From the IMG/VR virus record IMGVR_UViG_3300027813_000031, positions 1 through 37,358 of that record: a stretch of 37,358 nucleotides of DNA; one strand, 5' to 3'. The notes beneath the pieces are model-generated. The model saw nothing but the letters and a program-made list of their open reading frames with translations, did no database searches and was not told the DNA's origin. The DNA comes from a virus (Duplodnaviria; Caudoviricetes). Numbering within the stretch: the stretch's first letter is position 1; every line of letters starts with the position of its first letter. Shown piece after piece: positions 1 to 8,264 of this stretch. Made by a program: the position numbers and the translations under genes.

Positions 1-476
1 CTCCTAGTGCAGATAATAGCATAGACTTAGGCTCCAGTTCACTTAGATACAATCAAGTATTTGCAGTAACTTTTGAAGGTACGGCATCCTCGGCAAAGTT
101 TGCGGATTTGGCTGAGAAATATACATCAGATAAAGACTACGAAGTAGGAACTGTTTGTGTATTTGGCGGAACTGAAGAAGTAACAGAATCAACAAAACAA
201 AACTGCCCAGCAATAGCAGGTGTTGTTAGTACAGATCCAGCATACTTAATGAATGCAGATTTAGAAGGCGGCGTAGTGTTAGCATTAAGAGGACGAGTTC
301 CTGTTAAAGTTTATGGCAGAGTTCAAAAAGGTGATGTACTAATTTGTAGTAACACACCCGGACATGCCGAAGCGGCACCATTCAGAGGATATCATGTAAC
401 AGGACCTAGTATGATAGGAATTGCTATAACTGATAACCGTTCCGGAAACGGTGTTGTAGAAGCACAAATCAAGTAA
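1..476 (+). CDS. Tail fibre/spike protein, C-terminal part (5' truncated by the window); ends in an intramolecular-chaperone (peptidase G2-like) domain
   Basis: Frame is open from base 3 (PSADNSIDLGSSSLRYNQVFAVTFEGTASSAKFADLAEKY...), so the TTG at 108 is not the real start. Clearly paralogous to the C-terminus of 578..3091 (ADLAEKY..GTV..FGG..EVT..AGV.STDPAY.MN..AL.GRVP.KV.G.V.KGD). Confidence 0.75.
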   Translation, partial: PSADNSIDLGSSSLRYNQVFAVTFEGTASSAKFADLAEKYTSDKDYEVGTVCVFGGTEEVTESTKQNCPAIAGVVSTDPAYLMNADLEGGVVLALRGRVPVKVYGRVQKGDVLICSNTPGHAEAAPFRGYHVTGPSMIGIAITDNRSGNGVVEAQIK

Positions 477-481
477 ACTTC

Positions 482-489
482 GATAAATA
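482..489 (+). promoter_or_regulatory. T4-late-type promoter GATAAATA
   Basis: Intergenic. Resembles T4 gp55 late -10 TATAAATA and recurs upstream of many genes here, followed by N5 then a purine. Confidence 0.7.
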
Positions 490-577
490 CACTTATACAA
501 TTACAAGAATGTGATTTATGACTACTTAGCGACGGCTTAGTAGACTACAAAACGTAGAACATATAGGAAGAATTAAC

Positions 578-3091
578 ATGGCCACAGCAATTCAATGGAG
601 ACGAGGCACAACTTCCCAACACAGTTCATTTACTGGATTAGTTGGTGAGATTACTGTCGATACAGATTTAAATACCGTTATAGTCCACGACGGTTCAACA
701 GCAGGCGGACACAGATTAGCAAAAGCATCAGAAATAAATACTCAAGAAAGCATCGAAGACGCGGTTAACACGCTTCTAGTAGGCGGTACAGGAGTCACAT
801 TAACATATAATGATTCAGCAGGTACACTTACTATTGATGGACAAACTGGAGACATTACTGGTGTAACAGCAGGAACAAGTTTAAGTGGAGGCGGAACATC
901 AGGCGATGTTACTGTAGCATTTGACGGTTCAGCAGTAGCACAGCACATAATACCATCAGCAGACGTTACTTATGACTTAGGTTCATCAAGTAAGCAATGG
1001 CGAGACGTATACGTTGGTCCAGGATCACTTTACGTTAACGGACAAAAAGTACTTGAAGATAATTCAGGAACAATCCAGGTTAGTGCAGATGCAAACCAAA
1101 ATTTAGGACTTATTACTTCAGGATCAGGTGACATAGAACTTAACTCATCAGGATCAGGTGTAATTAATATCCAATCAGCAATGACGTTTGACTCAGGTCA
1201 AACACTTACTGGTACTGGCGGTCTTACAATGGCTTCCAACATTAATTTAGACAGTAACCAACTAAACAATTTACCAACACCAACCCAAGTGGCAGATGCT
1301 ACTAATAAGGCTTACGTCGATGGCGCAGGTTACTTAACAGGCGGTGATGGTATTACAAATACTGCAGGTACATTTGCAGTAGATTCAACAATAGTTAGAA
1401 CAACTGGTACTCAAGCAATTGGTGGAAACAAAACATTTAGTAATGATATAGTAGTAGACGGTAACTTTACAGTTAGTGGTACAACAACTACAATTAATAC
1501 AGCAACATTATTATTAGAAGATAACATTATTACTCTTAACGCAGGAACAAGTGGAGCTCCAAGTGAGAACGCAGGACTTACTGTAGATAGAGGATCAAGT
1601 GCAGACGTAAACTTCCAGTTTAATGAATCATTAGACAAATGGCAGTTTACTAACGACGGATCAACATACGTTAATATAGCAGTAGATACTGATACATTAA
1701 CAGAAGGTTCAACTAACCTTTACTTTACAAATGCCAGAGCAGATGCTAGAGCAGACAGTAGGTTTGCAACTAAATTAGCGTTAGCTGATACTGGTGACTT
1801 AGTAGAAGGAAGTAATTTATATTACACAAATGCAAGAGCAGACGCAAGAATTGCCAACGCATTATTAGATGAAGACAACATGGCTTCAGATAGTGCTACT
1901 AAAGTTGCATCACAACAAAGTATTAAGGCTTACGTTGCTTCACAAATAGCAACAACAGATAATACAGATGAGATGACAGAAGGTTCAACTAACTTATACT
2001 ATACAGATGCAAGAGCAAGAGCATCTATATCAGTAGGCGGTGACTTATCATACAACAGCGGTACTGGTGTAATTAGTTTTACTAATGACGCAGGTGACAT
2101 TTCAAGTGTTGTAGCAGGTACTGGTTTAAGCGGCGGCGGCACATCAGGTGACGTAACACTTAACGTATCAGGCGTAACGCTATCAGAGATAGCGGCAGGT
2201 AGTTTACTACTAAGTTCAGAATCATTTGCAGATTCAGATACACAAATAATGACAGCAAAAGCAATCAATGACAGAATTGAGAGTTTTGGTTACTCAACAA
2301 CAACAGGTGATATTACAACTGTAACAGCAGGTTCAGGTTTATCTGGCGGCGGTTCATCAGGTGACGTAACAATTAATATTGGCGCAGGAACAGGTATTAG
2401 TGTTGCCGCAGACAGTATTGCAGTTGACATGGGTGACTTTAGTACTTCTAATTTAGTAGAAGGGTCAAACGAATATCATACAAGTGCAAGAGTTAATACA
2501 CTTATTGATTCAAGAGTTACTAATGCTTTTGTAGACGCATTGAATGTTGATGCAGATACATTAGACGGCATTAGTAGTGCAAGTTTCTTAAGAAGTGATG
2601 CTAACGATTCTCACAGTGGTACAATTACACCATCAAGTGATAACGCAGTTGACTTAGGTAGTGGTTCATTAAGATATAACGAAGTATACGCAGTAACATT
2701 CCAAGGTACAGCAAGTGCGGCACAGTTTGCGGATTTGGCTGAGAAATACGAAAGTGATGCAGAACTAGAAGCAGGCACAGTTGTTATGTTTGGCGGCGAT
2801 AAAGAAGTTACAGCATGTGATAGTGAAAACTGTCATGCAGTAGCAGGTGTTATTAGTACTGATCCAGCTTACATGATGAACAGCGATGGTGAAGGACAAT
2901 ACGTTGCACTAACAGGAAGAGTACCTACTAAGGTTACTGGCCCAGTTGCTAAAGGAGACTTAGTTGTTTCTGCAGGCAATGGTAGAGCAATGTCAAATAA
3001 CAACGCACAGGCAGGAAGAATAATTGGTAAAGCAGTTGGCTCTTCAGACGGTGGCGAAGCAGTTATTGAAGTACTTGTAAACTTAATGTAA
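578..3091 (+). CDS. Tail fibre protein (Mtd_N-like N-terminus, Gly/Thr/Ser repeats, C-terminal chaperone domain)
   Basis: N-terminus IQWRRGTT..FTG..GEITVDTD..VHDGSTAGG. Internal repeats GDI..V.AG.(G/S)LSGGG.SGDVT (x3) and (L/M)(T/V)EGS.NLY(Y/F)T.ARA (x3, plus one degenerate). SD AGGA upstream. Confidence 0.8.
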   Translation: MATAIQWRRGTTSQHSSFTGLVGEITVDTDLNTVIVHDGSTAGGHRLAKASEINTQESIEDAVNTLLVGGTGVTLTYNDSAGTLTIDGQTGDITGVTAGTSLSGGGTSGDVTVAFDGSAVAQHIIPSADVTYDLGSSSKQWRDVYVGPGSLYVNGQKVLEDNSGTIQVSADANQNLGLITSGSGDIELNSSGSGVINIQSAMTFDSGQTLTGTGGLTMASNINLDSNQLNNLPTPTQVADATNKAYVDGAGYLTGGDGITNTAGTFAVDSTIVRTTGTQAIGGNKTFSNDIVVDGNFTVSGTTTTINTATLLLEDNIITLNAGTSGAPSENAGLTVDRGSSADVNFQFNESLDKWQFTNDGSTYVNIAVDTDTLTEGSTNLYFTNARADARADSRFATKLALADTGDLVEGSNLYYTNARADARIANALLDEDNMASDSATKVASQQSIKAYVASQIATTDNTDEMTEGSTNLYYTDARARASISVGGDLSYNSGTGVISFTNDAGDISSVVAGTGLSGGGTSGDVTLNVSGVTLSEIAAGSLLLSSESFADSDTQIMTAKAINDRIESFGYSTTTGDITTVTAGSGLSGGGSSGDVTINIGAGTGISVAADSIAVDMGDFSTSNLVEGSNEYHTSARVNTLIDSRVTNAFVDALNVDADTLDGISSASFLRSDANDSHSGTITPSSDNAVDLGSGSLRYNEVYAVTFQGTASAAQFADLAEKYESDAELEAGTVVMFGGDKEVTACDSENCHAVAGVISTDPAYMMNSDGEGQYVALTGRVPTKVTGPVAKGDLVVSAGNGRAMSNNNAQAGRIIGKAVGSSDGGEAVIEVLVNLM

Positions 3092-3107
3092 TTCAAAAAC
3101 ATATATT

Positions 3108-3138
3108 AAAAAGGGAGGTATTTAACCTCCCTTTTTTT
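3108..3138 (+). terminator. Rho-independent terminator
   Basis: GGGAGGT-ATTTA-ACCTCCC stem-loop followed by T7, with an A-run upstream. Confidence 0.85.
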
Positions 3139-3157
3139 ATGACTCTAATAAAATTAC

Positions 3158-3165
3158 GATAAATA
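3158..3165 (+). promoter_or_regulatory. T4-late-type promoter GATAAATA
   Basis: Directly after the terminator and upstream of the 3249 ORF. Confidence 0.65.
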
Positions 3166-3248
3166 CTCCAGTACAACACAAATATTTGAGAGTACTCACA
3201 TCACATCACACTACCCATAAACAATAAACAATCACACGGAGATTAACA

Positions 3249-3785
3249 ATGGATCCAAGAATAGAATTAGAAAATATGATTTGGGAAATGAGAGAAAAAC
3301 TTAACCAAATCGAAATGAAACTTTGGGAAATACCTCACGCAGTTGAAACTTATGAAGCACCGTTTGTAGCACCAGTTGAAGGCGACTACATGCACCCAGA
3401 AACACCAACCCACCCATGTCCAGTTGAATTAGGCGAAGAAGCTTACTACGACACAGCATGTCAAGGTTGGATGCAACCTTCAGAAGATGAAGCAGATGAA
3501 TACAACGTATATGCAAACATGAATACAGACATGAACTTTGATACAGAAGCGAATGTTTGGATTGAAGATGCAACTAACGATTGGTCAAATGAATTTGATG
3601 CAAACACATATTTTTATGCAGACGATATTGCAATGGAATATACTGAAGCACCAATGACAGACGAAGCAAATGTTTCTATGCCAGAACCTGAAGTACATTA
3701 TGATACGGACAGACTCAATCAAGAACATTATGAGACTGCACCAGAAGGAAATGCAATGCCTACTGACGGAACTACAGAAAGTTAA
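3249..3785 (+). CDS. Hypothetical, highly acidic protein
   Basis: SD GGAG. Own promoter and terminator. D/E-rich with only two Lys and a short amphipathic N-terminal helix. Confidence 0.75.
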   Translation: MDPRIELENMIWEMREKLNQIEMKLWEIPHAVETYEAPFVAPVEGDYMHPETPTHPCPVELGEEAYYDTACQGWMQPSEDEADEYNVYANMNTDMNFDTEANVWIEDATNDWSNEFDANTYFYADDIAMEYTEAPMTDEANVSMPEPEVHYDTDRLNQEHYETAPEGNAMPTDGTTES

Positions 3786-3802
3786 TTTAAATTAGCATTC
3801 AT

Positions 3803-3831
3803 AAAAAAGCACCCAAAGGGTGCTTTTTTTT
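3803..3831. terminator. Bidirectional intrinsic terminator
   Basis: A6-GCACCC-AAA-GGGTGC-T8 between convergent ORFs. Confidence 0.85.
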
Positions 3832-3841
3832 AGACTATTTT

Positions 3842-3976
3842 TTATCCGAAACACTTGCTGGTAATGTTTTCAACCTTACCTTGTTTCATCATATAATCAA
3901 ATTTTTTAAAGTAGTCAGATGCCGTCCCAATAACTGGTCGAGTTAATCTGGCTACTATTCCTAATGGATTCGCCAT
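3842..3976 (-). CDS. Small hypothetical protein, 44 aa (not in ORF track)
   Basis: MANPLGIVARLTRPVIGTASDYFKKFDYMMKQGKVENITSKCFG. Strong SD AAGGAGA upstream. Ends just before the bidirectional terminator. Confidence 0.7.
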   Translation of the reverse strand: MANPLGIVARLTRPVIGTASDYFKKFDYMMKQGKVENITSKCFG

Positions 3977-4048
3977 GTTTATCTCCTTTGTGAGAACACT
4001 TTGCATCATGTGTTACTGTTTACGTCAACCCAAAGGGTATTGTAAACT

Positions 4049-4081
4049 TTGTGTTACAGGCATGTTACAGATATGTTACGG
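4049..4081 (-). promoter_or_regulatory. Three 11-bp-period direct repeats (OmpR/PhoB-family box-like)
   Basis: Minus strand reads CCGTAACATAT CTGTAACATGC CTGTAACACAA. Confidence 0.5.
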
Positions 4082-4084
4082 TTA

Positions 4085-4092
4085 TATTTATC
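4085..4092 (-). promoter_or_regulatory. T4-late-type promoter GATAAATA (minus strand)
   Basis: GATAAATA-taacc-G, pointing to the 44-aa ORF. Confidence 0.5.
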
Positions 4093-4143
4093 AATATTAT
4101 CAAGTCAACCCATGGTTCTGCGGCACATTTTCCTGAAAGTTTG

Positions 4144-4151
4144 CATAAATA
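4144..4151 (+). promoter_or_regulatory. Late-type promoter CATAAATA heading the curli-like operon
   Basis: CATAAATA-gtgct-G, 67 nt upstream of the 4219 start. Confidence 0.6.
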
Positions 4152-4218
4152 GTGCTGTAGAGAGTAACAAAGAAACACACTTTACACAAAAAGATACAAA
4201 CATACAGAGTGTGCATAT

Positions 4219-4515
4219 ATGGATGAGATTTTCAAATTAATAGCGGAGGTCGGAACGCCTATTGTTGGAAGTTTAGCAATGGGATATTTTATCTTCTTAA
4301 CTATCAAACAAATGCTCGCCGGCATCGTGGGGCAAATTAAAACACTGACTACATTTTGCGTAATGTTGGAAGACAGAGCCAGAACTATGAGTAACGAAAT
4401 GATAAAAATTGACTTACTAGTAAGTAGTGCATTAGAGCTTAGACCCGACATTGAACGAATTGCCAGAGCAGAAAACTTCATTGAAGATGGCAGAATAGAC
4501 TCAAGGAGAGACTAA
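4219..4515 (+). CDS. Small membrane protein (one N-terminal TM + coiled coil)
   Basis: Hydrophobic VGTPIVGSLAMGYFIFLTI. Resembles the next ORF. TAATG coupling to the next gene. Confidence 0.75.
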   Translation: MDEIFKLIAEVGTPIVGSLAMGYFIFLTIKQMLAGIVGQIKTLTTFCVMLEDRARTMSNEMIKIDLLVSSALELRPDIERIARAENFIEDGRIDSRRD

Positions 4516-4817
4516 TGAATAACCTTGCAACTATAATAAGTGAATACGGTTTTCCTGTTGTCGCCTGCGTTGGGTTAGGCTATTTTATTTACTATGTTTG
4601 GAATTACATGAATACACATGTTAAGCCTGAACTAGGTAAAATGCATATGGCATTAATTAAAGTTATTGACCAAACAAGAATGTTAGATCAAGACATGATA
4701 AGACTACAACAAAAAGTTAATGTAGTGTTAGAATACCGTGCCAAAGAAAAAATAATCGAAGAGCACGAAGAAGAAGAGGCAGTTGAAGAACTAAAGTCTC
4801 TCAAGGATAAAAAATGA
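4515..4817 (+). CDS. Small membrane protein (YvrJ/holin-like N-terminus), paralogue of previous
   Basis: IISEYGFPVVACVGLGYFIYYVW TM segment, then a heptad-like tail. SD AGGAG. ATGA overlap with csgF. Confidence 0.75.
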   Translation: MNNLATIISEYGFPVVACVGLGYFIYYVWNYMNTHVKPELGKMHMALIKVIDQTRMLDQDMIRLQQKVNVVLEYRAKEKIIEEHEEEEAVEELKSLKDKK

Positions 4818-5311
4818 AAATTACAGGAACGCATTTAGGCGTATTGGTAGGCATATTTTATTTCGCAAGTCAAGGCGTAATGGCAGACCAATTAACGCAC
4901 AAATTTAAAAACCCTTCCTTTAGTGGTATAGGGACTGGAGCTCATTACTTGACTATTGAGAATCAGGAAAAAAGTAGAAAAGATAAAATTAAAGACGATA
5001 TTGAGGCGGCACTAAGAGCGGCAGACAGATTAGAGGATAACAGCACAATTAATAAATTTATTAGAAATTTGGAGAGTAGAATCTATTCACAAATCTCTAA
5101 AGGATTAGTCGATAGTATGTTTTGTAATCCAGGTGAAGAAGTATCTTGTACCAACTCAAGAGAAGGAGCATTTGAAATTGAAGGCAGTAGTGTTTCTTAT
5201 ATAGTAAAAATGATAGATGGTATAGAGTACATCGTGATGACTATTGTAGATCCCGATGGAACTATTACTGAAATTGAGATTCCAATTGGAATCGGTACGT
5301 TAGGCGGTTAA
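4814..5311 (+). CDS. csgF: Curli assembly protein CsgF-like
   Basis: Signal peptide, then LTHKFKNPSFSG (E. coli CsgF MTFQFRNPNFGG). C-terminal IVDPDGTITEIEIP. Directly upstream of csgG. Confidence 0.85.
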   Translation: MKITGTHLGVLVGIFYFASQGVMADQLTHKFKNPSFSGIGTGAHYLTIENQEKSRKDKIKDDIEAALRAADRLEDNSTINKFIRNLESRIYSQISKGLVDSMFCNPGEEVSCTNSREGAFEIEGSSVSYIVKMIDGIEYIVMTIVDPDGTITEIEIPIGIGTLGG

Positions 5312-5312
5312 A

Positions 5313-6296
5313 GTGAGGCAGAGTTTTTTAGCAATTATATTTGCGTTATTGTTTACTGGGTGTGCGAGTATCTCCATCCCCGGTGATAAAGTCTGCATGA
5401 CTGACTTCTTGGAATGTATAGAAGAACCAAAGTTTGTAGAACTACCCACGTATAAAAAATTACGAAACTTACCACCAGCAGAAAAAATGCCAGTGGTAGC
5501 AGTTTATAAATTTGACGACTTAACTGGACAACGGTTAAGTAGTGATGGATCGGCTTCATTTAGCACAGCCGTAACACAAGGTGCTAAAGATTTATTAATA
5601 GATTCACTTAAAGCGGCTGGAGCCAAAGATAATCCGAAAGGTACATGGTTCCGAGTTGTTGAAAGAGGATTAGGACTTGACAATTTGGTAAGGGAAAGGC
5701 AGATTGTTCGTAGCACACGCGAACAGTATGAGACTGAAACCGAACCAGCACAGGCAGTCCAACCATTATTATTTGCAGGAATGATATTAGAAGGTGGTAT
5801 TGTAGGATACGACACTAATGTTGAGACTGGCGGTAATGGCGCAAGATATCTAGGTATAGGGACAACAAACCAATATCGTAGAGATAGTGTTGTTATATCA
5901 CTTCGTGCAGTAAGCACACTAACTGGTGAAGTGATACTCAACGTACAGACATACAAAACCATTTTAAGCACCGGACAAGCAGGAGACATATTTAAATTCT
6001 TAGATATGGACACGAAACTACTAGAGCTAGAGAGTGGTATGACAGAAAACGAAAGTGTAACGTGGGCAGTACGTTCGGCAATTGAAGCCGCGGTATTGGC
6101 ACTTATACAACAAGGCAGTGAAAGGGGTTATTGGAAAATAGTCTATCCAGAAGGGTGGGATCAACAGGAGTTAAAACCTGGTGAACAAGCGACTTGGATG
6201 CAAATAGACATTAACGAAGACGACCTTAAAGCTGATAAGAAGCTCTGGCAAAAAATGTTGCTAGAGAAATCTAATGGAGAAAAAAATGAAGACTAG
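5313..6296 (+). CDS. csgG: Curli secretion outer-membrane pore lipoprotein CsgG
   Basis: Lipobox FTGC. Motifs VAVYKFDDLTGQ, FSTAVTQGA, WFRVVER..LDNL..ERQIVR, EGGIVGYDTN..TGG.GARYLGIG...QYR.D.V...LR.V...TGEV...V...KTILS. Confidence 0.95.
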   Translation: MRQSFLAIIFALLFTGCASISIPGDKVCMTDFLECIEEPKFVELPTYKKLRNLPPAEKMPVVAVYKFDDLTGQRLSSDGSASFSTAVTQGAKDLLIDSLKAAGAKDNPKGTWFRVVERGLGLDNLVRERQIVRSTREQYETETEPAQAVQPLLFAGMILEGGIVGYDTNVETGGNGARYLGIGTTNQYRRDSVVISLRAVSTLTGEVILNVQTYKTILSTGQAGDIFKFLDMDTKLLELESGMTENESVTWAVRSAIEAAVLALIQQGSERGYWKIVYPEGWDQQELKPGEQATWMQIDINEDDLKADKKLWQKMLLEKSNGEKNED

Positions 6297-7104
6297 AAAT
6301 TTTATGAATAAAATTGCAATCAATGTCTTCGGAGTTATGGGTATTATCCTAGCGACTATGGCACCATCATTGGCGGCAGACGAAAATGAGGTATTTATAG
6401 ACCAAACAGGTGATAACTTAATTCTAACAATATTACAGGCTGGTAATAGCAATAAGGTTTCAGGTGATGCATCACAAGGTAGCGATTTAGTTATCAGTGG
6501 TTCAAACTTGATTATTGATATTATTCAAGATGGTAATGGTAACGAAATATTTGGTGCGTGGACTGGTAATGGTTCCGGGTCGACTGTTTGGGACTTTTAT
6601 TTCTATGGCGACAACAATGACTTAGATGCAAATATCGGGCAAACCGCTTCTGCAAATAGTGTTGATATGCTATGGAATATACAAGGTGACACAAACGTAT
6701 TTGACATGGACTTAGGCGGAAACTACTCAGCAGATAACTTGAACATGGATTTAACAATCCTTGGAAGTAGAAATAACTTTAAAGACAGTTTTACAAATAC
6801 TAGAACTTGGGGTGGAACCGCAGGAACTAATTGGAATTCAACTGTAAATACAGCAATGTCTGGAATTAAAGTTGACTCTACTAGTGCTACATGGGAAATG
6901 AACATAACAGGCGACGATAATGCTATCGCAACTAACCAAACTGGTAATGCTAACCATTACTTAAAATTTGTATTAGTTGGCTCTGATGGTGATTTCCAAT
7001 TTGAGCAGTCCATGGCGGCAACATGTTCACCAGTATGTCCTGGTAAAATTGACGTTGATATAGACAGTGAAAATGCATCGGTATCGATTAGACAAAAGGA
7101 TTAA
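6286..7104 (+). CDS. Secreted curlin-repeat (CsgA/CsgB-like) protein
   Basis: Start at 6286 fits SD GGAG. Sec signal ending SLA. Repeated N-x-V-x-I-x-Q-x-G-x-x-N units (NEVFIDQTGDN, IDIIQDGNGN, WNIQGDTN, IATNQTGNAN). Confidence 0.7.
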   Translation: MKTRNFMNKIAINVFGVMGIILATMAPSLAADENEVFIDQTGDNLILTILQAGNSNKVSGDASQGSDLVISGSNLIIDIIQDGNGNEIFGAWTGNGSGSTVWDFYFYGDNNDLDANIGQTASANSVDMLWNIQGDTNVFDMDLGGNYSADNLNMDLTILGSRNNFKDSFTNTRTWGGTAGTNWNSTVNTAMSGIKVDSTSATWEMNITGDDNAIATNQTGNANHYLKFVLVGSDGDFQFEQSMAATCSPVCPGKIDVDIDSENASVSIRQKD

Positions 7105-8263
7105 ACTTTTTCTAACAGCATTATTACTGTTTAGTCCAATCACAGTTATATCCGCCGATGTAAAAATCGGCGGTGTATACGAGCAGAGCGGAACACCAGG
7201 TGCTATCAGTCGAAAGTCTGGAGACACATTGATTGCAGAACTAGACACAGACATAGTTAGTTTGGACGAAGTAGAAACCTTAAATGGTAGGTTAGTACTA
7301 AAGTTCATAGACGACACAAAAGTAAGTTTGACAGAACATACTTACATGGAAATAAACGAATACGTTTATGATCCAGATCCAAGTAAAAGTAGAATGGCTT
7401 TAAACTTTGTACAAGGTACAGCCAGATTTGCTACAGGTGGACTGGGTTTAGTAGCAAAGGAGAATATAACTATTCAAACGCCTACTGCTACTATTGGTAT
7501 TAGAGGAACAGACTTTACTACAACAGTAGACGAATTAGGAAGAAGTTTGGTTATACTATTACCAGACTCGGGTTGTACCGATGGGGTTAGACTTGAGGAA
7601 GGTTGTAGACCAAGTGGTAGTATAACTATTACTAATGCTGGTGGCGTTCAACTATTAACAGAAGCCTTTCAGGCTGTTATGGTTAGTACATATGAACAAG
7701 CACCAACTAATCCTGTAGTACTTGCGGACTTGGATCTAAACATGATAGATAATATGTTTATTGTATCAGAACCGCAACAGATTACAGAAGCAGTTGAGGA
7801 ACAACAGGAAGAATTAAAAGGCGATGCCGGCTTGTTAGACTTTAACGGATTAGATGCAAGTGCATTAGAACAAGACATGCTTACTGAAACAGACGAAGAT
7901 TTACAGTTTAGTGAGCTAGATATGAATTTCTTAGATGTAGATTTTTTAGTGGATCTATTAGAAGTTGTAGAAGATGTAAGTACAGGCATTAATAAGAAAA
8001 GAAGAGCAGACTCAAAAGGCGGAGACCTAGGAGTTGATAAAATTACAGGAACTGCTTTAGGGCTAGATCCTAACACACAGGTTAATACTTTGAGCTTGGA
8101 CGGAAAGATTTATTTCTTTAGGCAAGTTACAAATACAGCAAGTATACGAATTGGATCCGGTACTAGTGCTAGAATAGAAATATATGATAGTAATTTAAAA
8201 GACACTATTATTTGTCTTAATGATTGTGAAGGCACAACTATAATAATTACACAGGAAGATTAA
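7067..8263 (+). CDS. Exported FecR-domain protein with acidic linker
   Basis: Signal peptide. FecR-type motifs D.VET..G...L.F.D.T.V.L.E.T...I.EY.YDP and I.TPTATIGIRGTDF. Exact start uncertain (7067/7073). Confidence 0.85.
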   Translation: MKMHRYRLDKRIKLFLTALLLFSPITVISADVKIGGVYEQSGTPGAISRKSGDTLIAELDTDIVSLDEVETLNGRLVLKFIDDTKVSLTEHTYMEINEYVYDPDPSKSRMALNFVQGTARFATGGLGLVAKENITIQTPTATIGIRGTDFTTTVDELGRSLVILLPDSGCTDGVRLEEGCRPSGSITITNAGGVQLLTEAFQAVMVSTYEQAPTNPVVLADLDLNMIDNMFIVSEPQQITEAVEEQQEELKGDAGLLDFNGLDASALEQDMLTETDEDLQFSELDMNFLDVDFLVDLLEVVEDVSTGINKKRRADSKGGDLGVDKITGTALGLDPNTQVNTLSLDGKIYFFRQVTNTASIRIGSGTSARIEIYDSNLKDTIICLNDCEGTTIIITQED

Positions 8264-8264
8264 A

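Noticed and set aside
578-720. Mtd_N-like domain suggesting a diversity-generating retroelement
   Set aside because: No reverse transcriptase or adenine-mismatched TR/VR pair in the window; the domain is common in ordinary fibres.
3182-3203. CRP-like site TTTGA-N6-TCACA, attractive given the cyclase
   Set aside because: About one 9/10 match is expected by chance in a window this size, and I saw no second site.
742-3573. Short antisense ORFs here and throughout the window
   Set aside because: They lie opposite well-supported genes and lack translation signals.
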